From Mytilus californianus (Eukaryota): a stretch of DNA of 64,000 nucleotides. Positions 1 through 12,400 of the stretch are shown in pieces. The notes beneath the pieces are model-generated. The model had not been told where the DNA came from. It did no database searches and saw only the letters and a program-made list of their open reading frames with translations. The position numbers and the translations under genes were made by a program. How positions within the stretch are numbered: position 1 is the stretch's first letter; every line of letters starts with the position of its first letter. Location of the stretch: NCBI RefSeq assembly GCF_021869535.1, contig NW_026262679.1, positions 83,328,001-83,392,000 on the forward strand. Direction: 5' to 3'.

Positions 1-600
1 ACAGAAGTCGATATTCCAATGGGTGTTTATTGTGCACCACTCCTGTCAGTCTTGTTTTGCACTCATATGGAACAGAATTCACACAGAGCCTTCTCAAAGA
101 CAAATATAATAAGCATTTTGCATAGTTTTTAAATTTCACTTTCAGATATATTGTTGATGTTCTGTCACTTAATAACCTACATTTCAACGATTGCTTACAT
201 CTCACATATCCCCGTGAACTTGAAATTAGGGATATACCAATAGTAGAAGGTCTTTTTCATATTTTGATCTTTTCTTCGATATTGACACAGATGGACGACT
301 TCAAACAAAATCTATGACAAACTTGGTGATTTCAACTTTCCAATTGTCCACTTCCCATTTCTCAGCAGTAACATACCTTCGTGGCGTTTTCAAATATCAG
401 TTAACTCGTTACGCTATTGCATGTTCACACTATACGGACTTCATTAATAGGGGTGTTCTCTGTACACAAAAACTGCAGAGTTGTGAGGAAGGACGATTGA
501 AAATCGACACCGCATAAGTTTTACGGTTACCATCACGAATTGTTTGACCAATACCATGTGTCAGAATCTCTCACTAGCAACACTACTTAGATCTGTAGGT
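1..600 (+). mobile_element. Degenerate Penelope-like (PLE) reverse transcriptase fragment
   Basis: Frameshifted translation gives V-D-I-P-M-G-V-Y-C-A-P-L-L (the GIPMG..APL motif), F-R-Y-I-V-D-V-L-S-L-N-N (YIDD mutated) and KIYDKLGDFNF. Boundaries approximate. Confidence 0.75.
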
Positions 601-3600
601 ACCAGTATAGTCGTCTGATTTGTAATTTTACCGATTGTGACATTTTTAATGAGTATGAATTCTCATGGCATTTGATGTATGCATAGCAGGAAACGTTTAC
701 CCTGTCGACTTACATGGTCTCGCCCCTTTTGAAGTGCATACGATTCTCTCAGTTTCTAATTGTAACCTTGATTGGCTCTTCCTAATAGGTTATTATGTGT
801 CGTTTATGTTTCTGTTTTGTGCTTTTACTTGGGTGTGTTTGATCACATGGTTACTTTATGCAGTACCGAATATATTTCTAGCGAACCTGTGTTTCCATTG
901 ATTGATACTGGTCGATATTTGAACATTGTATAGGACTGTATATTTTTTCCACACCACAATCAGTTTACTAGTACTTTTTGCTATGTTTCTTTAAAACATT
1001 AAAACACAAATTTTATTGTTTTTAACGGCATCCTTGTGAGGATGTCTATTTAAAAAGAAACTTTGATGACCCTAGTAACAAGTCTATTGCCTAAATAGTG
1101 TTAGGCATTAATCTTAAGTCCTAGGATTTCAGCTTAAATCCTGAAAAATGTGTCCAGGCATTAATCTAAATGCCTAAAATGTTAATGCGAGTAAATAAAA
1201 AAGACATTTGTTCAAAATTAAAACACATTTGGTACATAATAACATGATAAGAACTGAAGTTTAAAATGTCAACTCCTTGAAATAAAGTCACCAGTTCTGA
1301 CCACTTTATTTTTAAACTCGGATATAACCAAAGCTGTAAATTCACGACCATTGTGATAATGCAGTTTATGGGACGCACTTAAAAAATAAAAACATTAAAA
1401 ATATGAAACCCTTAATTAAAACAAAAGTCACCTCTATTTAATCACATTTTGACGTACAAAATCTAATGTTAAAAACTTTTGTAAGTTGATTTTGGTATGC
1501 TATAAGACATTTATAGTTTCCATTTTGTTTCAATTGGAAATCCATTAAATCAATGTCCTCTACTGTTGAACTCTTCGGATAAAATGGCTTTCCATTCTAC
1601 TCCCTTTCCTAAATACCTTTTCTTCATGTTACAATTTTCCCAAAGTGAAAAACATTGTTTAATGTTGATAGCCATGGAATCAGAAGAAATATTTATATTG
1701 ACATTGTTGTATTCTTGTCTTTCATTTCTGCTTATGTACTTTGTCTATAAAGTGTCTATATGCCATTTCGTCTTTCTTTGTTGAAATTGTTATTATTTTT
1801 TATAGTGAATTAGATTATAACATAATGTTGACTGCTGTACCCCAATTTTTGATCTTTTACCTAAAATGTCTGTTTGTTTTGGTAAAACATTGTTGTCATA
1901 CGAGTGAAAGGATTAGCTAGCTGTAAAACAAGATTTTCTACAGAAGGAATATGACAGTTGTTTTCCATTCGTTTGATGTGTTTGAGCTTTGATTTTGCCA
2001 TTTGATAAAGGACTTTCCGTTTTGAATTTTCCTTGTAGTTCGGTATTTGTTGTTATTTGACTTTGTATATAGTCACTACTAGGTTGTTTAAATCATACGG
2101 TCTCTGTCGCCATGACCTGTTTATATAAAAAAGGAGATGTGGTATGATTGCCAGTGAGACAACTATCCATAAAAATTCAAATGAAGTTGGTGTAAGCAAT
2201 TATAGCCAACATTACGACTTTCAACAACGAGAAAAACCCATACCATATAGTCGACTATGAAATAAACGCCCAAACAAGAAAAATATTAAATGTTCCTTTT
2301 TCCAAAGTACCACGATAAAGAAAAAAAATAATTTTGAATTTTTTTCTCATCATTCTCCTTTACTCTACTTATCAATCTTTCAAAGTCCCCTAAGGTGAAA
2401 AAATGTCATACGTTTTTTTCTAATTGCAGTAGTCTATAGTTGCCATCTTTTCTGGGGATTCTAAAAGTTAAAAGTTAAAAAATTATCATTGTAAAATCTG
2501 TTAAATTAGACCAAGTGTATATCAATATTTGGAATTGTTTGACCAATACCATGTGTCAGAATCTCTCACTAGCAACACTACTTAGATCTGTAGGTACCAG
2601 TATAGTCGTCTGATTTGTAATTTTACCGATTGTGACATTTTTAATGAGTATGAATTCTCATGGCATTTGATGTATGCATAGCAGGAAACGTTTACCCTGT
2701 CGACTTACATGGTCTCGCCCCTTTTGAAGTGCATACGATTCTCTCAGTTTCTAATTGTAACCTTGATTGGCTCTTCCTAATAGGTTATTATGTGTCGTTT
2801 ATGTTTCTGTTTTGTGCTTTTACTTGGGTGTGTTTGATCACATGGTTACTTTATGCAGTACCGAATATATTTCTAGCGAACCTGTGTTTCCATTGATTGA
2901 TACTGGTCGATATTTGAACATAGTATAGGACTGTATATTTTTTCCACACCACAATCAGTTTACTAGTACTTTTTGCTATGTTTCTTTAAAACATTAAAAC
3001 ACAAATTTTATTGTTTTTAACGGCATCCTTGTGAGGATGTCTATTTAAAAAGAAACTTTGATGACCCTAGTAAGATTTTACTCTCAGATTACTAGTATAA
3101 AAAATGGCATCATTCAGATTGTTCCGGGCTCAAAGGACACAGTTAATAAATCAAACGGACTTCACTTGAAGAAAATAATATTTTAGAACGTTTGAACTTT
3201 AAATGATGAAATTATTGAAAGTAGATTTATCCAAGTCTATCAAAAGGATGTTAATTTTATTGATTTACGAACAGGTTGATATAACATGGACACTAAATGG
3301 CAGAATGTTCACATAGCTGTCGCCCTGGTGCCATAAACATGTCGAGATGTTTGACCTAAAAAAATTACACATCGTTTTCGGACAAAATATGTGTGAGCAA
3401 AGGCTTTACTAATAAAAAGATATTTTACACACATTAACAATTACAATACTTGGTATATAAATCATGGAGCAAACAATCTTTTTGAGTAAAACCTTGGCTC
3501 ATAACTAAATACCAATGACAAGATTTCAAAATCAGGGTATTTTGACAGATTAGCCCTTTGTTTGATAGTCAAGAAAAAATTCAAATTATAAATAAAGATG

Positions 3601-5187
3601 TCTGACAGATACCTTCTTCGATATTAGAGTCGGGTTGCTCAATTATAACATTCATTTGGATATGTTAGCGGCAATAAGTGAAATTAGGCATTAAGCTTAA
3701 ATCCTAGGCAATAAGCTAACGCCTAGGCAACAAGTCTATTGCCTAAATAGTGTTAGGCATTAATCTTAAGTCCTAGGATTTCAGCTTAAATCCTGAAAAA
3801 TGTGTCCAGGCATTAATCTTAATGCCTAAAATGTTAATGCGAGTAAATAAAAAAAACATTTGTTCAAAATTAAAACACATTTGGTACATAATAACATGAT
3901 AAGAACTGAAGTTTAAAATGTCAACTCCTTGAAATAAAGTCACCAGTTCTGACCACTTTATTTTTAAACTCGGATATAACCAAAGCTGTAAATTCACGAC
4001 CATTGTGATAATGCAGTTTATGGGACGCACTTAAAAAATAAAAACATTAAAAATATGAAACCCTTAATTAAAACAAAAGTCACCTCTATTTAAGCACATT
4101 TTGACGTACAAAATCTAATGTTAAAAACTTTTGTAAGTTGATTTTGGTATGCTATAAGACATTTATAGTTTCCATTTTGTTTCAATTGGAAATCCATTAA
4201 ATCAATGTCCTCTACTGTTGAACTCTTCGGATAAAATGGCTTTCCATTCTACTCCCTTTCCTAAATACCTTTTCTTCATGTTACAATTTTCCCAAAGTGA
4301 AAAACATTGTTTGATGTTGATAGCCATGGAATCAGAAGAAATATTTATATTGACATTGTTGTATTCTTGTCTTTCATTTCTGCTTATGTACTTTGTCTAT
4401 AAAGTGTCTATATGCCATTTCGTCTTTCTTTGTTGAAATTGTTATTATTTTTTATAGTGAATTAGATTATAACATAATGTTGACTGCTGTACCCCAATTT
4501 TTGATCTTTTACCTAAAATGTCTGTTTGTTTTGGTAAAACATTGTTGTCATACGAGTGAAAGGATTAGCTAGCTGTAAAACAAGATTTTCTACAGAAGGA
4601 ATATGACAGTTGTTTTCCATTCGTTTGATGTGTTTGAGCTTTGATTTTGCCATTTGATAAAGGACTTTCCGTTTTGAATTTTCCTTGTAGTTCGGTATTT
4701 GTTGTTATTTGACTTTGTATATAGTCACTACTAGGTTGTTTGAATCATACGGTCTCTGTCGCCATGACCTGTTTATATAAAAAAGGAGATGTGGTATGAT
4801 TGCCAGTGAGACAACTATCCATAAAAATTCAAATGAAGTTGGTGTAAGCAATTATAGCCAACATTACGACTTTCAACAACGAGAAAAACCCATACCATAT
4901 AGTCGACTATGAAATAAACGCCCAAACAAGAAAAATATTAAATGTTCCTTTTTCCAAAGTACCACGATAAAGAAAAAAAATAATTTTGAATTTTTTTCTC
5001 ATCATTCTCCTTTACTCTTTTTATCAATCTTTCAAAGTCCCCTAAGGTGAAAAAATGTCATACGTTTTTTTCTAATTGCAGTAGTCTATAGTTGCCATCT
5101 TTTCTGGGGATTCTAAAAGTTAAAAGTTAAAAAATTATCATTGTAAAATCTGTTAAATTAGACCAAGTGTATATCAATATTTGGAAT
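537..5187. repeat. Near-identical tandem segmental duplication (537-2535 and 2532-5187); the second copy carries 657 bp extra
   Basis: Identical ORFs at 665/2660 (offset 1995) and 1566/4218 (offset 2652). GAAT is shared at the junctions. Only scattered SNPs differ between copies. Confidence 0.95.
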
Positions 5188-5406
5188 ACAATTTAAAAAA
5201 ATACTTTAAATTAAGAACATTTTATCGATTGTAATCTACTTGGAAGATTAAAAAAAAATCTCAAAATTCACTTATTGCCTGAAATGATGGTTGGCAATAG
5301 GTTGAATAGTCATCATTATATTTCAGGAAATAAGCGTAATGCCTGAAAATTAGCTTATTGCCTAGGATTTAAGCGTAATGCCTAATTTTACTTATTGCCG
5401 CTAACA
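3663..5406. mobile_element. Non-autonomous TIR DNA transposon, Ginger-like (TGT...ACA ends, 4-bp TSD)
   Basis: 57-bp TIRs with 2 mismatches (tgttagcggcaataagt...ccgctaaca), flanked by GATA at 3659-3662 and 5407-5410. The superfamily is inferred from the TGT termini and 4-bp TSD. Confidence 0.7.
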
Positions 5407-5659
5407 GATATATTCTAAACATTTTAAAGCGGTCGGTTGTATTCATTGCGGGAACCAGGTGGTTGAGCGATAATGATTGCTTTACAGGATAAAGTAGATG
5501 CGCCGAGCGGACGAGGTCTATCACCTACCAACACAACCTGAAATTTAAGCCCAACAAAATCATATGTTTACACCTAGATAATACCAAACAACAAGTCCAT
5601 AACAGCGACTTGATATTTTATCCTCAAAGTGGTTTGTCCTGAAAATGCTAAAAAATTTA

Positions 5660-6848
5660 TTAGGTCTTTCCACTTTTCTGTGGAAAGACCTATTGTATTT
5701 TTCTGATTATTATTTTTTTCTTCTGCCAAATTTTGTTATCGCGTAAAATTTTTGTTTCGCAATATGTCGCTAAGATATTTCTTATATAGTATCATACAGT
5801 TTATGCGCTTTTTATTTTCACCCATTTTAAGCCGAACAATTTTCTTTGTAAGAGTTATCTCCCTATTCACTGTTTATCAAGTGTGTGCATCTCTTTCGTA
5901 ACAAAAAAAGATATCGACAAAATTCTTTTTCTAAATTGTTCGTTACATCCTCAGAAATTTTTGGCTAATTTGGATTGAAGCGATTCGATGAAATTTTAAA
6001 GGAGTTATCTACCTTTACCAAATAAATTTGTCGGTATGTTTTTTTAACTCATAAACCGTTAACCGTATAACCCTGGAATCTTTTTATTTGAGGTCCCTGG
6101 GTCCTAACTTAGAAAATGAGGTCAAGATCAAAGGTCATGTTCAAGTTCTCAATTTTGACTTTTCCTTGTTTTTGCATTTTCTCAAACACTTTTAAAGATA
6201 TATATGAAACAACAAGTGCAAAATGTTTGCTTTATTATAATGAAGATATGTTACATTTGGTCTGAAACAATCGAATGGCATCTTATAGGAGTAAGTGCCC
6301 CTGAAATGTCCAATTATAAGGTTTATTGATTATTACTTCAACTTGGTTCATTATAAAGCCATATGAGATTTAACAAAAGGTTGGATGACATATGACCTTG
6401 AAAAATGACAACCGGAAGTGACCTTGAGAAAATCGGAAGTAGCCATTCGTGCACTTTCTTCATAGAAAAGTACTCGGAATCCATGTATTTTGTAATTTTA
6501 ATACATTAACTTATCACTGAAGACTAGAAATGACTTTCGATAAGCCGGAAGTGGCCAATTATCTCCTGGTTTACCAGCAAAAATATATAGAAACTATATA
6601 TTTTTGGGATCAGTGTGAAAGAAACTATCATATGAGACCGGAAGAGACATTTACTTCACCGAAATTAGCTAATTATCTCCCTTATTTCACTCAGAAGTAT
6701 ATAAAAACCACTTATTTATCGCATCAGTATGAAGAAACTGATGATAAGATGCCAATTTTAACTTGAGTAAACACGAACTAGCTTCTTTTCAATAAATTTA
6801 AAAATTGCTGTGGAAAGACCTTCAATTGTTCTCTGAACAATTGGTTTT
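5660..6848 (+). mobile_element. Helentron/HINE (DINE-1-like) non-autonomous element
   Basis: 5' inverted repeat aggtctttccac-ttttct-gtggaaagacct (5662-5691). 3' subTIR gtggaaagacct (6810-6821) followed by the stem-loop caattgttc-tct-gaacaattg (6823-6843) and a T-run. Confidence 0.7.
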
Positions 6849-7279
6849 TAATTTTATTGAATATTCTTTTGTCACAGTATACTTTTTGTTTGTCCACTGA
6901 CCGAGATTAAATGAGGGAGGGTTGTGTTTTAGAAAAGAATGTTAAACCCCGCCACATCTTTAAAGGCCAGCCCTTAATAGTTAAGATCCTCGTCAGTGGC
7001 TGTCATGAATTTTTGTTTGAAGAATTTTTGGTTAATGGTATTGTTCCTTAACAATCTCTGTCGAATTTTATTCATGATTTATTAGATTCGGGTCATTTAG
7101 GAAATTTATATACTGTATAGATAGGCGTTATATCTGTTGCTTTTGCTGGTGATTATGTGTTTCGTTACTATTTTTCTTCTAGTTTTATGTTTTTTAAAGG
7201 GGGGGTCTTAGGTTAATATTTAATTGACGTATACTTGTTGATTTCACCTATTACCTCTATTAGACAAAAACTCAACAAA

Positions 7280-7890
7280 GATACCAGGCAAATAATCTGT
7301 TACGCCAGACGAGCGTTTCTTCTTAACTTGCTCGAGGAACTCAATACAAAACAGTTGAAAGGCCAAATCAAGGGTGATGTTATGCTTTGGGTTAGCTGTC
7401 AGTAACTGCGAGTACTCTCAGATCTGTACTTGGTATCTTTTTGTTGTGGGGATGTATATGTACTCTGTCACATCCGGTCTGTGTTTTTTGTCACTTGCTT
7501 TTCTGCTTTGTATATATCTGAGTTAAGTCCTTTTCAACTGAATTTTATAGTTTGTTCATACGTTGTGCTGTTATACTACTGTCCCAGGTTAGGGGGAGGC
7601 GTCAGGAAACATGTTTAAACCCGCAACATTTTGTTTGTACCTGTCCCAAATCAGGAGCCTGTAATTCAGTGGTTGTCGCTTGTTGCTGTTCATCATATTT
7701 GTTTTTCATTCATTGTTTTGTACATAAATCAGCCCGTTAGTGTTCTCGTTTGAATTGTTTTACATTTGTCATTTCGGGGCCCTTTATAGTTGAATATGTG
7801 GTATGGGTTTGGTTCTTTGTTGATGGCCGTACGATGGCCAATATGTCATTTGGTATCTGGTGGAGGGTTGTCTCATTGGCAATCATACCA
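7280..7890. repeat. Dispersed repeat remnant (reverse copy of the gagatgtggtatgattgccaatgagacaac family plus associated tail)
   Basis: gttgtctcattggcaatcataccacatctt near 7867-7896 is the reverse complement of a motif recurring near 2135, 4786, 23390, 23980, 31085, 33295 and 40745. Confidence 0.55.
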
Positions 7891-9068
7891 CATCTTATTA
7901 TTCTTATATGCATGAAAAGTATTACTCGGCAATTGGCAATATATTGCTAACATATCTAGCTTAATACTAGAAGTCCCAACCTCAAGTTCTACTTCCACAG
8001 TTGCCTTCCATCAAATAAATAAAATTGCCGATAGAGCTTGTGTTACTTGTCCTTAAATCAGTTAATATTACCAAAGATATTTATAAAATTGTGTGGAACG
8101 ACGTATTTTAATGTTTCAATCTGACAATGTTAATTACGGACAAGTCATAATTAACATCGCTGTTTTTTTTAAGGTGTGTGTTTATTTATTACGTGAAATG
8201 GAATTGAATGATTTTTTATTGTTTCTCTTATGAATAAATACAGCTATATACTAGGTCAGGAATTCATAAAAAAAATGTTTCTGATTTGATTTTTAACGGC
8301 ATATCATTATGTGTAACGTTATTGTGCCCAAATTAAACCTATTTTGGCAGTTAAATATTAATCCTACGTCACCTTGCTGAATGTGCACAATATTTTGTTT
8401 CCATATAATGTACTCTCATGCCTCTCGGGCCGGGGTAAGACACACATTAATTATTTTAATATCCAAATAAATATATGCTTTGATTTAGGTTTCCTCTTCT
8501 CATTGCGGAAGCACCTACGACTATTCATAATATCACGACCACGAATCTCGTTTTCGTCAACTTGTCTGCCTTTGAGGTATATATAAATATTCCAAAACCC
8601 AAAGCACAATATAAATAAAGTAATCAAAAATCGATATATTTCGTTTTTATTGGACTCATTTTTGCATAAGAGTTTTAAGCGTTTGTGATTTTGATATGTA
8701 CATTGCTCTTATATATATTTTTTCTTAGTTTTATATATACCCAAAGCTCCGCGTTGAACACAATGGCTTAGTCACATTTTTCAGTACTATTTGTTTTACT
8801 GAAATATTATTTTTCATGTAAAAAAATGATGGAAAATGGATGTTTAACCACATTTGAGATTGTGCATGGACAAATTATAGCTAAATATACTGATCATCAA
8901 TAACAGCAGCTTCTACTAGTATATTATAATATCGGAATACCTCATGATACGCCAATATAATAACTTTTTTAATATAATAAATTTATGTCACGAGTATCAC
9001 ATTACAATCTTTTGATTTGAGACATGATAGAAATTATACTATTACTGTAATCGAAGACATTATACAGA

Positions 9069-9477
9069 TTAAATCATAACTGTAATCAGAACTAAGACAA
9101 CTGACAAAATTGTATATCCTCTGAATCGTACAGCAGAACTGGTATCACAAATTTTGCCAAAGTCACATTGTGCTAGCTCTTTGTAGTAAACCTTCACGTC
9201 AGAATATGAACATACCATTCCACCACAAGCAGGTACATTTACTGGTTCTTCATTTACAAATATTTTAAATGCATGTTTTCCATTTGCTCCACATTTGTAT
9301 AAACTAAATGCAACATTTGCAGAAAACGGAGTTATTTCACTCGTACTGAATTTTCGATTAATATTAGCATCATAACTTGCTGCTGTGAATGGTTCAGAAT
9401 CTTTGAACAATCCAAAAGCAGTGAAGATGGGTAAAATTGTATCTTGATGCCCAAAGAAAATGTCAACTGGTTGGATG
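9069..9477 (-). CDS. MINPP1: MINPP1-A exon 4
   Basis: tttcag|C ATC CAA CCA...; FGHQDTILP, ITPFSANVAFSLYKC; TAA at 9069-9071. Confidence 0.93.
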
Positions 9478-12400
9478 CTGAAATTTAAGGTAACATATCA
9501 TAAATACTATAAAGTAAAACATTGCAAACAAGTTTTAGATTATTTTTTTATAAACAAATCTTTGTTTTTATACGTAAGAATAGACAAACAGTTACTAACA
9601 TTTGTGACAACATTTACTTGTTAACCATAATGCTGTCGTCTATAATGCTAGATTATATTATTACAACTTTCGGAACTTGTACAGTGGAAAAATGAGGCGC
9701 GTAGCAGCAGTGTCATCATTTCCCTAAATCTTCGCGAAAGCCATTTCTGACGTTTTTGGGAAGTTTTAAGAAAAATATCCAAAGTGGTCTTTTCTTTTTT
9801 ATGTATAAAATTTATCTATTTGCCTGCCGATTTAAAAAAAATAACAATTTCTCTAAATATTTAAAATTTTTCCCATAGAAAATATTCAAATGGGTTCACG
9901 ATTTCACGTTAAAATATATACTTCATTTAAAGACTTTCTCACCATGAAAACATAGTGGCCATTTATAAACGACGTTTATATTTTCTCTGTTGATTGTTTC
10001 AAAGTGTGTTGTATGTACTTGCCTGTTTGGTTTTTCAGAGTTCGTGACAGCTTCTTCGAATCGTTCAAAAAGATAAGACGTATAAGGGCAAGTCTGTTTC
10101 CAATTGATGGGGTAGCCATATCCCGTTTTATAGTATTCCTGAAAGATTAAGACACATAAAAGTCCAATTTTATGTGTGAAATATGCTACTAATCTGAAAT
10201 TTACAGGTTTATATTATTATATATCATGTGTGAAATAGCTGACAAATAATTCAGGAGCAAGTCTGATATTAAGGGGTACAATTGGTGCCCATAGGAATAC
10301 CTACATTTTTGTTGATAAACTTTATATTGCCGATAAGTACGTTGATGTTGATGGAGGGGTGAGGGATTTCAAGTAAGTGTATCCATTATATTTACCGTTT
10401 TCGTTACAAAAAAAGGCTTTACACGAGTAACAGCAAATAAATTTGCAATCAGATTTTGATTAGGGTCATTTGATGAATAAGAAAACTTCAGTTTGATAAG
10501 CTTGTGTGAAAGTGTAGTGTAGAAACTCGAAAAGTCAAACTGTCGATCGACTCGAAAAGACCATCAAAAGCACGTAATTTATTTAGAACCTTCTAGGCGT
10601 TTTTTTACACTTAAAGGTAATCAATTCCATCATTTTCATATGCTTTTTTAAACAAAAAATATAATATTTTTTTCATTGTAGTCGGGGAACTAATTAAATG
10701 GACCGAAAGATTAGTTGTAGAACACTTACTAGAAACCGAAATAAAACGAAATATGGCGGTTTTTTGTGAAGTGTAAGTAACCAACACGTAGAAGTCAAAT
10801 GTTCAGACGAGACCTTTGGCTGGGGTGCAGTAATTATATGATTGTCTACTATTTGACTTTCTGTACAGCGCAAGACTTTGTACACTTTATTTTGGGGTGT
10901 TTATCAAATGGTAAATGATTAGGAGTTATATGAACAAAAGAGTAAAGTTAAGTTATAGAAAAAATATTCCTAGTGCAGATTATTAATTGATATTGCTTGA
11001 TATTTGAGCAAGTATACGCAGGTGATGTACGTTTTTTTCTAGGAAATCAATTAGCGTTTTGGGTGGTTTTATTTCTAATAGTGCTAAATCAATATAAGCC
11101 TTCTTTTCGGTTGTTGCTGGATTTACGATTGCACACCTTGTGGATTTAGATTAAGAAATAATACCTCTAAGTCATCCCAATAAGATATTACTCGCAGATC
11201 ATCAATATTAAAAAATTGACACCAATCAGACTGTCCATTCAGACCAAGCTCAAAGGCACATATTTGGTGAATTACAAACACGTCATCTGAAACAATCAAA
11301 ATTGTAGAAGATTCATTATAAAATTTAGTACTTTTTTATAATACAAATATTGATGATAAATGTGATATTGAATTTCTTTTCTTTGCTTAAGTGTCCTTTT
11401 ATTTATATTCTTGAAATTTCAAGGCGGACAGTATTATTATATAGTTATAATTCCCTGGTCGATAGAGACTACTGGTATAAAGAACGTTACAATAGCCTCA
11501 CAGATAGAAATCAATTACATACGAAGACAACCAGACAATTTTAAAGTCCAACTTGAGCATATTTTCAGTCTAGTTAATTACAAGCAGACCATACCAAACA
11601 ACAATATATTTACAGCAATTTGTTGTCTTTTATCTTAAAAGCTGCTAGTCCTGTATATGCATAAAACATTTGCTACTAGAACTTTGACAAAAAGTAACCA
11701 ATAAATTATAAATTTTGTATTCATGCACCATCTTTGATAGCTCAATGATTTAACAAGTCGTTTCAAAATGTAAACGATTATGGATGGACAATACCGTTGC
11801 CCCATCGGTTGATATCATTAGTTTATATTTATGATCTTATTAAAATTTACAACGCTAAATATCGATATGTATAAAAGAAGCTGTTGGGTATACGTCTATG
11901 AGACAGTTACCTTACGACACAAATAACCAAAAAGATATCCAGAGGGAGATCAAAAGTCTTCCACAGTAGACATGTGTCTATACAAGATTTAAGATTGTCC
12001 CAATTCTCTAAAACTTGTATATGAATAAAACAAAGGCTATAAAAATCACCTTTCGATACCAATTCATTAAAATAGAAATTTGCTTTAAAAAAAAACATTA
12101 AAGATATAATAAAGACAATCCCTCTATGCAAATGTCTTTTTTAAATACGCGTTAATTGATTCTTAATACGAAATTTTACAAAAAACATTCACTATTTGCT
12201 GTTAAAAACTGCTTGGTCTTTCATAGAAAGATATAGAACTTAATAATTTTTTGGTTTTATAGATACAATGTATGCAGGAAATTGTTGACGAGTTTTTTAT
12301 GCAGATTGTTTGGACTTTTATATTTTCAAATTCCACTAGGTTTCATTGGCGGTCCGATTTTGACCTTGTTAGTAGAACACACACTTGGGAATGTGATCGT

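Noticed and set aside
665-4436. Duplicated small ORFs (78, 70/85 and 72 aa) as a duplicated gene family
   Set aside because: They are low-complexity translations of repeat DNA inside the segmental duplication, with no splice or domain support.
7301-7345. Possible hammerhead ribozyme remnant in a PLE-associated repeat (GAAAC on the minus strand)
   Set aside because: No intact CUGANGA core is present. An Infernal/RNAMotif search would be needed; at most it is a dead relic.
10011-10018. GT donor (gtacat) as the end of MINPP1-A exon 3
   Set aside because: It is phase 0 and would frameshift exon 4; the paralogs use phase 2 at the position of the GC donor.
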